From contig NW_024704742.1 of assembly GCF_018977255.1 (NCBI RefSeq), positions 72,666,001 to 72,730,000 on the forward strand: DNA of 64,000 bases, in the 5' to 3' direction. This document shows, piece after piece, positions 39,701-50,649 of this stretch (position 1 is its first letter; every line of letters begins with the position of its first letter). The stretch is from Callorhinchus milii. Its lineage: Eukaryota. The notes beneath the pieces were generated by a model. That model made no database searches, had not been told where the DNA came from, and was given only the letters and a program-made list of their open reading frames with translations. A program made the position numbers and the translations under genes.

Positions 39701-40914
39701 ATATGCAGCTCCATATCTGCCAACAGTGAACTAATAATAAGGAGATCAAAGAAAGCCAAAGCAGTTGCCTTGGACACAAGTTATGCTTTCAACGGTGCCT
39801 GGCACCCAGCTCTGTTTTTAAGGAGAAACGGATAAACAAACTCACACTTCTGAGGGAGCAGCAGGAACGAAGGCTTAAAAACTGGTCAGCTGTTTGTACT
39901 TGAGCAGAGAACAGCAAAGAATTTGGGAAAACTCAAGGAGAGAATAGAAAATGGTATGTAGGGAAAGTCGGAAGCAGGAAAAAAAGATTCATGCATCATT
40001 AAGGTCTAGATACCTGAACTGCTCAAAAAATGTTTTTCACAGCATCAGTGATACTAGAAAAGAGGTTACATTTTGTTTGTGAACTAACTGTACAAAACAT
40101 TTATATGCATAATGCAGTTATATTCATTTGTTTAGCACCATTCGCGCAGGACTAGAACTAGGACCAACCTAGGATTGACTGCTGACCTGGAAAATAAAAA
40201 GTGCTCACAAATTTAGAAAAAGGTATCTTTTTTTAAAAAAAACCTACCAGACCTGATAAACACAAACAAAGAATAGACCAAGTGACCCAATGTTCCTGGA
40301 GCAGTTTCTGTTCCACAAAACACAGCAGCTTACAATTATTTATAAAGTTGAAGTGTAAATGATCAAAGAAAGAAAAAACATGTTAAAGGGATGGATAACA
40401 GTACTGGGTGCGGTGGGGGTAATTTCATCCAAAGAATTCAAATAGCAAAGTTGTGGTTTATTGCCAGAGCTGGGATAGTGTTTTAAAAACTCTTTCTGAA
40501 AAAGTAACAACCCAAATGACTGGCATTTAATTCACGGCATGCAATGAAAGAACAAAAGGTTTGTGAAGTCCTTTAAGAGGGAGAAATAGGCACAAGTTTC
40601 AATCCAAGTGCATTAACTTTTAGGTAACCAGCATAGACTATATATATATTGAGATACAAAAAGTTAGTCATGCAATATTAAAATTGCAAAAATTATATGG
40701 AGGAGAACTCATGAAATTTAGTGTTTGACTATCAAAAGGTCATAAAATATGGTCAAAATTCCAATAGAAGGTACACTGGATTTATGAGCTGTGCAGAGAA
40801 GGGGTGGGGGGTGCATTCTAGATATCTTAAATGTTGGATCCTGCAAATTACTGTACAAATTGAAACAATCTTCAATGGTTAAATTTACATTGTCATGTGT
40901 GCAAGATATAGGGA

Positions 40915-41480
40915 ATATAGAATTACATAGAATGCAACAGCACCGAAAGGGGCCATTCAGCCTTCCTAGTCCTTACCAGGGTTTATATTCCACATGAGTC
41001 TCCCTCATATAAGCTTCCACTTAAATACATTGATTATTTTTGCTTCAACCACAGCTTCCGGCAGTGAGTTCCTCTTTTGCACCACCCTTGCATAAAAATG
41101 TTTCTCCTGACTGGCAAACTAATATTTCTGCTCCCTTACTTGGACTTGCAAACAAGTGACAGCCCATTCATATCCACATTATCAAATTATTTCATAATCT
41201 TAAACACTAATAAGTCTTCTTTCAATTGTTCATCTCCAGAAAAAAAAAAGACTATGTTGCTCAATCTTTAATAGCTGTCAATCTCTAATGCTGCAACATC
41301 CTTACTGCAACATCCTTACTGTAATACAACATCCAGAACTATACAAATGCTCCAAATATGGCCAACACGTTTTTTCATAAATTTAACACAACTTCCCTAC
41401 TTTTGTACTCTATTCCTTAGAGATAAAACCAAGGACTCTCAATTTACATTCTTTATGGCCTTGCACATCTGTGCTGCTAC
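40915..41480 (-). mobile_element. Degenerate CR1 3' fragment
   Basis: Reverse-complement CR1 tail (ATAGAAT...GGCCATTCAGCC) and TCAACCACAGCTTCCGGCAGTGAGTTCC (NSLPEAVVE). Confidence 0.65.
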
Positions 41481-41959
41481 CAATAATAAAGACTCAATGT
41501 CAGAATGTCTATGTTTTTTATACAAGGGAGGAGACACACTTGGAGCATTCTAGACTTTAAAAGCACCATCCGTAACAAGCGGGAAGCCACAACAAATGTT
41601 TTGCACAAATATCTTGTGCGGAGGGCATTATATAATTGTAAATTAATTAGAGTAGAAGGTAATCCAGGCAAGTTATTTCCCACTGAGAAACCGAGGACAC
41701 CACCAAGACTAGAGAGAGAAAAGTGCCAGGTGCACCAGTGGTTATGCAAAACCAAGCTTTAGTTAGGTTAAGGAAAAATTGAGGGACACTGAAGCTTCTT
41801 GGGGGAAGGCAAGTCTGGTGGATTTTAATTTCACACCGTAAGGACGAAGAACATTTCCAATGGTGTTTTTGGAGCTTGGAAAGAACATCTGATGATCTTT
41901 AGATATTTTGTGCAGATACTCAAACAGACAAATCAAATCGCTATCTATCTCATCTTCAC

Positions 41960-42280
41960 AAGAGAGAGGACCCGAGTTCAAATCCTGGGCAGAGCAAATC
42001 GCTAGGCAAGTTTCCTTACTCCACACTCCTCTGTTTACCTAGTAGTAAGCAGAAACCCAGTTGTTAGTCAATTGAGATTGCTTTTTCAGGGATAATAATC
42101 CCTTAAAAAAAATTATTTGGTCACTCAATCCACAACTGTTTGGGACACTGCTGTGTACAATTGGCTGCCATGTTTCTCCCGCAAAATATGCAGTCAATTC
42201 ACTTTACAGTATATTCTGTGAAGCACTTGGAAACATCTCAAAAACATGATAGGTCGCTATATCAAATGCAAGGATTATTA
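41960..42280 (+). mobile_element. tRNA-derived SINE, longer internal variant
   Basis: Same head, core and tail as the young SINE plus an extra ~55-bp block (CCTCTGTTTACCTAGTAG...GTTGTTAGTCAATTG) also present in the 63000-63363 copy. Confidence 0.8.
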
Positions 42281-44254
42281 TATTCATACAAAAGCTAATT
42301 TTCATTGTATGAATAGATTAGGTGTTTTCTTAAAACTGCCTTGGCACTGATGCTTTTGTTCAACAAGTGCCACTTCTGACAATGCAGAGATGAAGGCAGT
42401 GCTTCCTGATAGGTGCCCCAACACCTACCAACCAGTTTTACCACCTCTTGTGCACCCATGCAAGAAAATCACCAAAGATTTTCAAATAAAGCCCTGACTG
42501 TCTGTTGCCTGAACAAGACAGTGGAGATTGGATTTAACGTTGAATAATGGAAACATTCAAAAACTTTTTGGACAGCATTCCCATTGCTGCACTTCTAAAT
42601 TCTCCAAGTAGGTTTAATCCCATCTGCTCTTTCGGGACTGTGCCTCCTGTTTTTGGGATGATGGCCTCCAATCAACTGTTCTGAGGAAACCAAGAATAAG
42701 TGACATATATTCACATCTCCCCATAATTGTTGCTGGTTTAGCCAAAAGGTACCGCTTAATAGCTTCTAGATTTTATGCACAGATCATATATCAAGTCACA
42801 CAAAATGATATATTGTACTATCAATATTTGAGTTGATATCTTCCTGTTCCAGTTTTTTTTAAAGTTCAGGCTGGATTAGATAATCTAAAATATTATTCAA
42901 CATAATTGCAATAAAAAAAACAATGAATTTCTCTCCTCTGTGCCCAACCCTCAGTATTTATTTTAAAAACAGATTTGTAAAGTAAATAAATAATCATTCC
43001 ATTTCTATAGCAAATATTCTCTGCTGAAATATTCTACAAGCTCCAAAGGAGGTCAGTGCCATATATCATAAATATCAAATTCAACTTAAAATAAGGAAAT
43101 GAAACAAGTATGTTAGATTAGGCTTATTTCTGGTCACTGCAGCTTTAAACAGGGCACGTACTATATGAACCACAGAGTAAAAATGTTGCAATTTCCTCTT
43201 TCAAAGCAAACTAAGAACATAAATAAAGTTAGTGTTCCTGGCGTCTATACTATCAGACATATTGGCAATAGATGCCAAGTTTATTACCTCTACCACTTAA
43301 TCAGAAATTTAGAAATAGATAAGAGCAAGATGGGTTGACTCATAAGTTGAGTTTCTTCAGTTTCTAATTATATTGCTGTGAAAAAGACAACTGAGGTGAA
43401 TAACAGACAACACTGAGTGATAACTAGAGTGGATTCATGAATCTTGTGCGTGCATTCAGGTCTAAAGCTTCAGCATCAATACAACATTAGAATCTCAGAT
43501 TTCGATCGAAAAATCAACAGGAGCATCTGGTACTGCTTCTACTGCTTCCAAATAAGCTTGGCAAGCCAATACAAAGCTGCCTTTCATTTCAGTTCTCTTC
43601 ATATTCTTTTTCTTGTAATACAATCCTGCATTCATGCAAAGGAAGGAGTAGTTTATCTCAAGTAACATGAATGGAATGATTTCAGGATTGAGATGCAACA
43701 ACAAAAAATACAGCACAGGTAGCACTTACAGGTGTATTGTTTAAACCATTCTCCCCATTGACAGCGGTGTTCTTGCTGATCACGTGTGTCTTCTAGTTCA
43801 TGTCTTGTTGCTGCTCTCCATGCACAGGCAATTCAATGGCAGAGTGGATTTCTATCATTACAAACTGAACTTGACATGATGTGGCACAGATTTTGCATCA
43901 AATGTTTAACCATTCCACCTCTCAACAAAAATAGCACTGCCATCTAAGGGGCATGTGGTATGAAACTGAAATACAGTGAACTCGTTACTCCAAGGGAAAT
44001 TAGTTTATTCTAAATGCAGCCAGGATATTGACAGCATGATGACTTAAGTTGTAGTGTCAAATTAAGACAGGGTTGAGTTAGCTGTACCCTGATAACAGTT
44101 GATTACACCAAAGTCACATGAATGCACTACTGTGAGACTAGATCTATTTTCTGTATTCACCTATGACTCCAAGCCAGACACAGACACAAAACAACCAGGG
44201 TATAAGATAACAAAAGTGATGGAGTTTTGCGACAGGCCATGTGTTAACAATGAA

Positions 44255-44465
44255 TCGACCCTATTAACCCTACAAGCTAAAGACCTACAGGTTGGGTAAT
44301 CTTAGGTGTACAAGCAGCAGGACGCTTGCCAAACAATGCTCTCAATAAACCGTGCAGCTTCTTAAACTCCAGGAATACTACAATGCTCTTTGGGATCCCC
44401 AAGCCGCACTTCCCAACCTATGCTTATTGTTCTCCGGAATTAGGAAAGCAGAATTCTCCATGCCT
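44255..44465 (+). repeat. Unclassified interspersed repeat, copy 3
   Basis: CCTATTAACCCTACAAGCTAAAG...GCTTGCCAAACAATGCTCTCAATA...TTAAACTCCAG...CCCAAGCC...CCAACCTATGC matches 50380-50500 and 28340-28427. Confidence 0.7.
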
Positions 44466-44999
44466 TGGTGGCAAGCAATGTAGACACTGCATCTGGTGTG
44501 AATAGTCTGAAACACTGTGATGAGTTTCAGCTTGTGTTCAACACTCTTTCCCTTCCCCAAAATCCCTACCAGCTGCACAACTGATTTGAATTCTGAGATT
44601 TTCCTTTACAGAGCATCTGAAAAAAAACTTCCAAAAGTGTTAGGAAGACAGGAGCATTTGATAGAATACACTCTCTTGCTGCCTTTGTGGATTGGCCTAA
44701 TATCAGAATACAACTGGTGTGTGTCTGGGAGGGGAAAGTTTACCATGACAGCAGCACATTTTCCTTTTGCTTCAAAAACACATCAGCTGGACTTGATTGT
44801 GTTTTGATGCTAAGTTTTAAAAATTCAGCAAAGCACCAAGTTGACCAAATATCCCAAGAAATATCTAGGAAATTTAAATGGCATTTCATAAGAACCTTGG
44901 TAACAGCACTGCTGCATGCATTTATGCAAGGACAAATTTATTATAACACCGTCCTCTTAGCTCAGTTTCTTTGTGGCCATTTTAAAACAATGATCAACA

Positions 45000-45360
45000 A
45001 AGTGACTGACATCCAGGTTGTCAAGTTGCTGCTGATGTCACTTCTTGTGAGTTGTACATCTGTACTGTGTCACCGCCAATGTGACTTCCTTTATAAATAA
45101 CCATTTGGGGCACTTTATAACGCGCAAGAAGTGACATCAGCCACACTTCCTATGCACTGCGCACAACAAGCAGGAAACAATGTTGAACACAGCTGGTATC
45201 CAGGTTATCAGGTCACTATCTCTTAGCCATTATGTGCAGTGCCACTGACATCATTTCCTGTACTTTGTATATGGATAGAATGTGCAAGCAACATTACTGA
45301 CATCACTTCCTTCACAAAGCGATAGAGGCACTTCCTGCGTATATTACGCAACAAGACGTG
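45000..45360. promoter_or_regulatory. Putative enhancer/promoter: ETS and ETS-CRE-like motif cluster with a C/EBP-like site
   Basis: GATGTCACTTCTT (45034), GTGACTTCCT (45081), AAGAAGTGACATCAG (45126), CACTTCCT (45144), CTGACATCATTTCCTG (45245), CTGACATCACTTCC (45297), CACTTCCTG (45329), TTACGCAA (45344); several CpGs retained. Confidence 0.5.
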
Positions 45361-46840
45361 AACGGTGATCTAACAGCCTGGAAGCCATCTACATTAAGCA
45401 CAGGAAGCCAGGTACAGGTATTCATCACTGGAAGATGGCTGGGCCATGCTTCTGGTTAACACTGGTCTTCAGGTCCACAGTGCTTTAAATGAAGCTGAGC
45501 TATAGGAGAGAGGTGGCCTCTGCAACAATATTGTACTGTATGCAAAAAGCATAAATGCCCCAGTCCACTGTCAATACAAACAGGAATTTCCCCAGTCAGT
45601 AAACCATGTTTCACCAAATAGCAAGTAATCTATCCTTGAATGGGCAACAGTGAACTTTTGGCATGGTACATTACATTACCTCATAAAAATGGTTCAATCT
45701 TTGACCAAATTGCGTCCCTCCAGCCCCAAGAGATGGTCTCAATACAGGATTTCCTCTACAAACACTGCATATTGCTAGTAAATTTTAATACTAATCCATG
45801 CAGCTCAGGCCCATCATTTTGCAGGCTGTCAGACAGACAGCAGACTGCATGCCTCAATGCACTCCCAACCTCCTACAAGAAAAGCTGATTCTTAAGCAGT
45901 GTGTTACAGTGACCAATGTAAGCAGCTTGATATTATGACTATCATTTTAGCTGATTAAATGGGAGGCAACACTAGGCAGATTACGGATTGCAATTCTCTG
46001 AACAAATAGAATAAAAAGGCAGCCGTAACAACAAAATAATTGTTCATATGGTTCCAGCCATTAACAAAAAATTGCTTTTATCTAGTGCCTTTCACATCAG
46101 AGGATATCCGAACGGCGTCCCGCCTGTCTGTTCAGCTTGATGTGAAAAAAAGTCGTATATCATGATTCAAAAGCAGAAATTTCTCTCAGTGTCCTGGCCA
46201 ACAAAATGCAGTCACAATTCAGTTTTGGCTTACACACATTTTATACCAGATGCAAGCTTATTTACTTCCACATATCACCCTTGTGGATTGTTAGTCTGCT
46301 TTACGATTCAGGAGGATATGAAGGAGCTGTCCTGCCACTGCTATTTCAAAGTTGTTCCCCCCTGACTTTCCTTGTGTATATTCCCCACTCATCTGAGTTT
46401 ACACAGAATACAATTTAACTGTCTATTCATTTCACCTTTTGAGATATTGTCAGAGTAGATTAGCTGCTGCATTTGCCTATATAACATTTACAAAACAGTC
46501 ACTCCACTTTACAGTGTATCCTGTGAAGCACTTTGAAACATCCTCCTGATGTGAAAGGCACTGTATCAAATGCAAGGATTATTATTTTTAAGCCTTTTAT
46601 TTTACATGAAAAGTGCTATACAAATTACTATTATTCTGTGAGGTACTTTAAGATATTTCAGCATTGTAGGTCCTAGAAAAATGCAAGTTCATCCTTATTT
46701 GTCCTAAACTGGCGTGGGAATGCTCCTCAGAGGCTGCTACAGGGTCATTCTAGCCTGGTATGACACAGAGCTTTGGCTTCCACTTTAAAAAAACAACATA
46801 CTGTGCTGCCTTCAGATAAAAAGACGGGCTTGTTGGGTGT

Positions 46841-48574
46841 GCACAGCTCAGGCTCAGCTCAAGCACAGCACAAGCTCAGCACAGCACAGTTCAGCACAGG
46901 CTCAGCACAGGCACAGCTCAAGCTCAGCACAGGCTCAGCTCAGGTTCAGCACAGGCTCAGGTTCAGCACAGTTCAGCACAGGCTCAGCACAGGCACAGCT
47001 CAAGCTCAGCACAGGCTCAGCTCAGGTTCAGCACAGGCTCAGCACAGCACAGGCTCAGGCACAGCACAGGCTCAGCTCAGGCTCAGCACAGGTCAAGCTC
47101 AGCACAGGCTCAGCTCAAGCACAGCACAGGCTCAGCACAGCACAGGCTCAGCTCAAGCTCAGCACAGGCTCAGCTCAGGCACAGCACAGGCTCAGCTCAG
47201 GTTCAGCACAGCACAGTTCAGCACAGGCTCAGCTCAGGCACAGCTCAAGCACAGGCACAGCTCAGCACAGGCTCAGCTCAAGCACAGCACAGGCTCAGCT
47301 CAAGCACAGCACAGGCTCAGCTCAGGCACAGCACAGGCTCAGCACAGCACAGGCTCAGCTCAGGCACAGCACAGGTTCAGCACAGCACAGCTCAGGCACA
47401 GCTCAAGCTCAGCACAGGCTCAGCTCAGGTTCAGCACAGGTCAAGCTCAGCACAGGCTCAGCTCAAGCACAGCACAGGCTCAGCACAGCACAGGCTCAGC
47501 TCAGGCACAGCACAGGCTCAGCTCAAGCTCAGCACAGGCTCAGCTCAGGCACAGCACAGGCTCAGCTCAGGTTCAGCACAGCACAGTTCAGCACAGGCTC
47601 AGCTCAGGCACAGCTCAAGCACAGGCACAGCTCAGCACAGGCTCAGCTCAAGCACAGCACAGGCTCAGCACAGCACAGGCTCAGCTCAGGCACAGCACAG
47701 GCTCAGCTCAGGCTCAAGCTCAGCACAGGCTCAGCTCAGGCACAGCACAGGCTCAGCTCAGGCACAGCTCAAGCTCAGCACAGGCTCAGCTCAGGTTCAG
47801 CACAGGCTCAGCACAGCACAGGCTCAGCTCAAGCACAGCACAGGCTCAGCACAGCACAGGCTCAGCTCAGGCACAGCACAGGCTCAGCACAGTTCAGCAC
47901 AGGCTCAGCTCAGGCACAGCACAGGCTCAGCTCAGGTTCAGCACAGCACAGTTCAGCACAGGCTCAGCTCAGGCACAGCTCAAGCACAGGCACAGCTCAG
48001 CACAGGCTCAGCTCAGCACAGGCTCAGCTCAGCACAGCACAGGCTCAGCACAGCACAGGCTCAGCTCAGCACAGCACAGGCTCAGCACAGGCTCAGCACA
48101 GCACAGGCTCAGCTCAGCACAGCACAGGCACAGCTCAGCACAGGCTCAGCTCAGGCTCAGCACAGGCTCAGCTCAGGCTCAAGCTCAGCACAGGCTCAGC
48201 TCAGGCTCAGCACAGCACAGGCTCAGCTCAGGCACAGCACAGGCACAGCTCAGCACAGGCTCAGCTCAGGCTCAGCACAGCACAGGCACAGCACAGCACA
48301 GGCTCAGCTCAAGCTCAGCACCAGCACAGACTCAGCTCAGCACAGGCGCAGCTCAGCACAGCACAGGCTCAGCTCAAGCTCAGCACAGGCTCAGCACAGC
48401 ACAGGCTCAGCACAGGCTCAGCTCAGGTTCAGCACAGGCTCAGCACAGCACAGGCTCAGCACAGGCTCAGCTCAGGCTCAGCACAGCACAGGCTCAGCAC
48501 AGCACAGGCTCAGCACAGTTCAGCACAGGCTCAGCTCAGGTTCAGCACAGGCTCAGCTCAGCACAGGCTCAGCA
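46841..48574. repeat. Complex 5/6-mer satellite (AGCAC, AGCTC, AGGCTC, AGGCAC, AAGCTC, AAGCAC, AGGTTC, AGTTC) with a ~350-370 bp higher-order repeat
   Basis: Read directly from sequence; the rare GGTCAAGCTC variant is at 47091 and 47439; an ~80-bp block recurs at 47201, 47571 and 47936. Confidence 0.97.
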
Positions 48575-48949
48575 GCCAGAGAGGAGGCTACTCAGCACCT
48601 CACACCAATGGCTGTTGCTTGTCCTCCTGTTGCAGTTGCCTCACATGTGTGCCCGCTGTCATGCCCCACATGCTGCAGTACGAGCGAGCGCCCGTGTTTG
48701 ACTGTATGAACTGTCACTGCTCACCCCGCACTGAGCAGTCAGCCTGCATGGCTTTAGCTGTGCTTGTGGTTGAACGGGGAAGTGGCCAGGCTTTGCTGTT
48801 CAAAAGACTTTCACCTTCACAGACAATAAAGAATTCATCTTGGTTTGGTTTGCATTGCAACATGTTTCATTTGGGCCTGATGTTATCGTGAGGGAGAGAT
48901 CCAATGACTAAAACAAAAGTAGGCTTGTCCCTGAAGCCTTATTCCAATA

Positions 48950-49250
48950 TACTTAGAAGGATGTTAGGTTACTATTATTAGGATAGACTGGAAATGTTAG
49001 GCCTTTTTTTGCTGGAGATGTTTAAGAGGGGACCTAATAGATGGGCTCAAAATAAAAGGGTTTGATAAGGTTAGGGTTAGGCTGCTGCAACCTGTTGGGC
49101 AACCTGTTGGGCAATCCGTAACCAGACAACACAAGTACAAGATAGCGAGAATTTAGGAGGAACAACTTCACACAAATTTCAGTGAGATTGTGGAACTCGC
49201 TGCCTGAAGCAGTGGTTGAATTAGATAATATAGACGTACTTAAGAGGAAG
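48950..49250 (+). mobile_element. CR1 3' remnant
   Basis: VRLWNSLPEAVVE; GACTGG...TTAGGCCTTTTTTTGCTGGAG as in the 15960 copy. Confidence 0.7.
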
Positions 49251-49254
49251 CCAG

Positions 49255-49840
49255 ACAACAACAACAACAACTTGGATTTATATAGAGCCCTCCACGCCAG
49301 ATGGTGTCTCGGAGCGCTTCACAGCAACAGATCCCGGGGCCGAGCCAGGGGGAGGAAGGTAACCAAAGGAGCGGTCAAAAAGAAAGGTCTTCAGCAGAGA
49401 CCTGAAAATAGGAAGAGAGGGGTGAGGCGAAGGGAGTGAGGAAGGGAGTTCCAGAGCCTCGGGGCGTAATGGCCGCCGATGGTGGAGCGGAGGATTCAGG
49501 GGACAAGGAGGAGGCCAGATCCGGTGGAGCAAAGGCAATGGGCACTGTTGTGAGGAGAGAGGAGGTCAGAGAGGTAGAGTGGTGCAGTGGAGTGGAGGGA
49601 TTTGAAGACAAGGGTGAGGATCTTGAAGTCGATCCTCTCTGGGACAGGCAGCCAGTGCAGTCTGGCAAGGACTGGGTAATCGGGGAGCGGAGTTTGGTGC
49701 GGGTGAGAATGTGGGCGGCAGAGGTTTGGATGATCTGGATTTTATGGATGGTAGTGGAGGGGACAGCGGTGAGGAGGGCATTTGAATAGTCCAACCAAGT
49801 GGTGACAAAGGCATGGATCAAGGTTTCAGTGGCTTTTGGA
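49255..49840 (-). mobile_element. L2 3' fragment, second L2 family
   Basis: ETLIHAFVTTWLDYSNALL...LKTFLFDRSF; distinct tail GCCCTCCACGCCAGATGGTGTCTCGGAGCGC with (CAA)n. Confidence 0.88.
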
Positions 49841-50069
49841 ATGAAATCTTCACATGAGGGAGAGGAGAATAGAAGAGTATAGGAGGGAGTGAGGAGTGGG
49901 TGGAGACTCATATGGAATATAAACACCAACACACACTAGTTCGGCTTAATAGCTTGTTTCTGTGCTGTACAAACTATATCTGCCTGGGTAGGTATTGGTA
50001 AGGGTGAGTAGCTATTGAGTGGATGAGGGAGTGCCTATCCTTGTGGGGAGGTAAGCAAAGTCTTTTGGA

Positions 50070-50570
50070 GTTGAGCTGGCAACAAGATGGCGGATTTGGC
50101 AGATTCGAATCACCCCTCCGTGGTGGTCTCGGTAGTCCAGTTCCTAAGCCAAGGGTCGGCAGTATTCCAGGGCACTGCTCATGACAGATCAGCCAGCTTG
50201 GCTCATTGGCAGAAGTTGGAGGGGCAGACCAGTCACTAGGGCAGGGACTTCTCCCATTCAGCTCCTGATATTCTTGACTCTGCAAACTAAAGCCCTAACA
50301 GGTAAAGTGGACCCATTAGAGCTTTGACTTGCAGAGTCAGGGTTAACAGGAGCTGAGTGGGAAGCACTAGTTGGACAAGCAGTGGGAAGCTTGCCAGACA
50401 GTGTTTCAATAGCAAGCTATGCAGTTTTAGTTGGTTAAACTCCAGTACTACTCCAATGCACACTCTGGGGTTCCCAAGCCTTGGCTCTTGCCAACCTATG
50501 CCTATTTAATTTATAGCAACATTCTCCTTAATTAGGTGAGCAGAATGTGCGCCCCTCCAAGGAGAGAGTA
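50070..50570 (+). repeat. Unclassified interspersed repeat, copy 4, with internal inverted duplication
   Basis: Aligns with copies 1-3; carries CAAGATGGCG (YY1-like) near its 5' side and a fold-back at 50253-50361. Confidence 0.75.
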
Positions 50571-50649
50571 TGTATTCCACTCCAGACACGGAAATCTCTG
50601 TGTGTCGGTGGCGTACAAAAATAATGACAACTTGCATTTTTTAAACAAT

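Noticed and set aside
44378..44510. Minus-strand exon after tgtttcag
   Set aside because: Mostly overlaps copy 3 of the unclassified repeat, has no good donor and gives no recognisable peptide.
46841..48574. CRISPR-like array
   Set aside because: No constant repeat with unique spacers, no cas genes, and a eukaryotic context.
46773..48891. Two long ORFs (642 and 684 aa) of A/Q/H/S/T/G repeats
   Set aside because: In the satellite, plus-strand T is followed only by C or T, so no stop codon can occur in any frame. Both ORFs start at non-ATG codons and the same peptide words appear in all frames. This is a composition artefact.
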